Part shown: positions 62,751 to 64,000 of the stretch, in pieces
Layout: each line of letters opens with the position of its first letter
How positions within the stretch are numbered: position 1 is the stretch's first letter
Assembly (NCBI GenBank): GCA_030390025.1
Contig: JASTWF010000340.1
Coordinates: 310,001 to 374,000, forward strand
Direction of reading: 5' to 3'
From: Squalus acanthias
Taxonomy: Eukaryota
DNA: 64,000 nucleotides
The notes under the pieces: model-generated
The model's input: the letters and a program-made list of their open reading frames with translations, nothing else
What the model was told of the DNA's origin: nothing
Database searches by the model: none
Position numbers and translations under genes: made by a program

Positions 62751-64000
62751 CATCTTTGCTCCTTATGCGTACATGTCTGGTTTGTACCAAGGAGACCAAA
62801 CACAGATTCTCCAGTCTCTCCACATAACTGAAGTCCACCATCCTTGGAAGCAGTATGAAAAATCTTCCCTAATACCGCTCTGCCATAAGGAGAATAATGC
62901 CAGATTCTCTAGTCTTTCTAGATAATTGAATACCCTCACCTCTGGTAGATTCTGGTAACTTTCCTCTGCAGCCTTTACAATGTCGTGAAATCCTTCCAAA
63001 AGTGTGGTGCCCAGAATGGGATCAATGCTCCAGCTGCGGCCTAACCAGTGATATAAAAAGTTTTAGCAAACCTCCTTTCTTTTGCACTTTATACCTCTAA
63101 TTTAAAAGCCAAAGATCTTAAAGATGGTTCAACTTATTGACCAACTTATCTTGTGGATGTGCACCCTGAATGTCCTGTAACGTTTTATAATATCCTTTTT
63201 ATTGTCTCTTCTCATTTGCCGACCCAAAATTCATCACTTCACATTTCTGTGTATTAAATGTAATCTGCCACGTGTCTGCCCATTTCACCAGCCTATCTCT
63301 ACCCTCCCGAAGTCTGCTGCTAACCTCCTCACTGCTTACTACATTTTCAAGTTTACTACATTTCCCACCGTGATCCAAGCTGACTTGCTTTTTAGATAAA
63401 ATAAATATGAAACACATGGATTTCATTTTCCTGCAAAGGGGATTTAAATCTTATATTACCGATGCCGTTTACTCATTTTATTTCTTGGGTCTCTGAAACA
63501 AACTACATTTATTTCAAGGCAGAGTTACATTTGTACCACAATACAGGGCTAAGAGGCGGTTTGTATGCTCATTTTCTCACATTGTGTTTGTGTACACGGC
63601 CCCTAATTTATAGTTTCGGAGTATCTATGTGGAATATTATCCCTGAGGTAATTTTATACACTGGAATTCAATTTTATTAATAAATGAATGTCTGATAATC
63701 AATCTGTTACTGAACCTCTAATGTAACTTTCAAAATGGAATTGGGTAAATGCTTGAAATGGAAACACGTGCAGGCCTATGTGGAAACAGTCTATGAAAGG
63801 GCCTAATTGTATTGGTCTTTCAAAGAACCGCACAGGCAGGTTGGACCTAGTGGCCTCCTTCTCTGCTCTAAGGTTCTACAATTTTCTGAATCTACTGTGG
63901 TGTTATTCAAAGAATTAACTAATTGTATGGCTTAAAACATATCGGAGAGATTCACAAAATGCATTATCATTCAATGTGTTTAGCCTGTGTCTTGATTCTG

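Overview
Repeat-dense eukaryotic DNA, most likely a cartilaginous fish. This is inferred from CR1 LINEs with an esterase ORF1, shark-type Deu-domain tRNA-SINEs and Penelope elements. Two main structures stand out. (1) A spliced + strand gene for an inhibitory Ig-superfamily receptor, reconstructed by eye: a 33-nt signal-peptide mini-exon (9670-9702), Ig exons (29338-29628 intact, 31568-31861 with a nonsense codon, 36342 destroyed, 37896-38192 intact), a TM exon and five short cytoplasmic exons encoding two ITIMs 29 residues apart (stop 47271-47273). The first coding exon and promoter of a tandem paralogue follow (59115-59145), so this looks like an LRC/LILR/LITR-like receptor cluster. (2) Inside its intron is a four-level nested insertion: CR1(+) > non-autonomous Harbinger derivative > CR1(-) > an apparently intact 4.57-kb autonomous PIF/Harbinger transposon. 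The inner element has 16-bp TIRs, an AAT TSD, a 383-aa DDE transposase and a three-exon 399-aa Myb/SANT protein. Also present: two Penelope insertions with TSDs and hammerhead-like cores, RTE/L2/SINE fragments, three tRNA-Ala pseudogenes, minisatellites and an unclassified locally repeated intronic family. All calls are by-eye; no searches were run.
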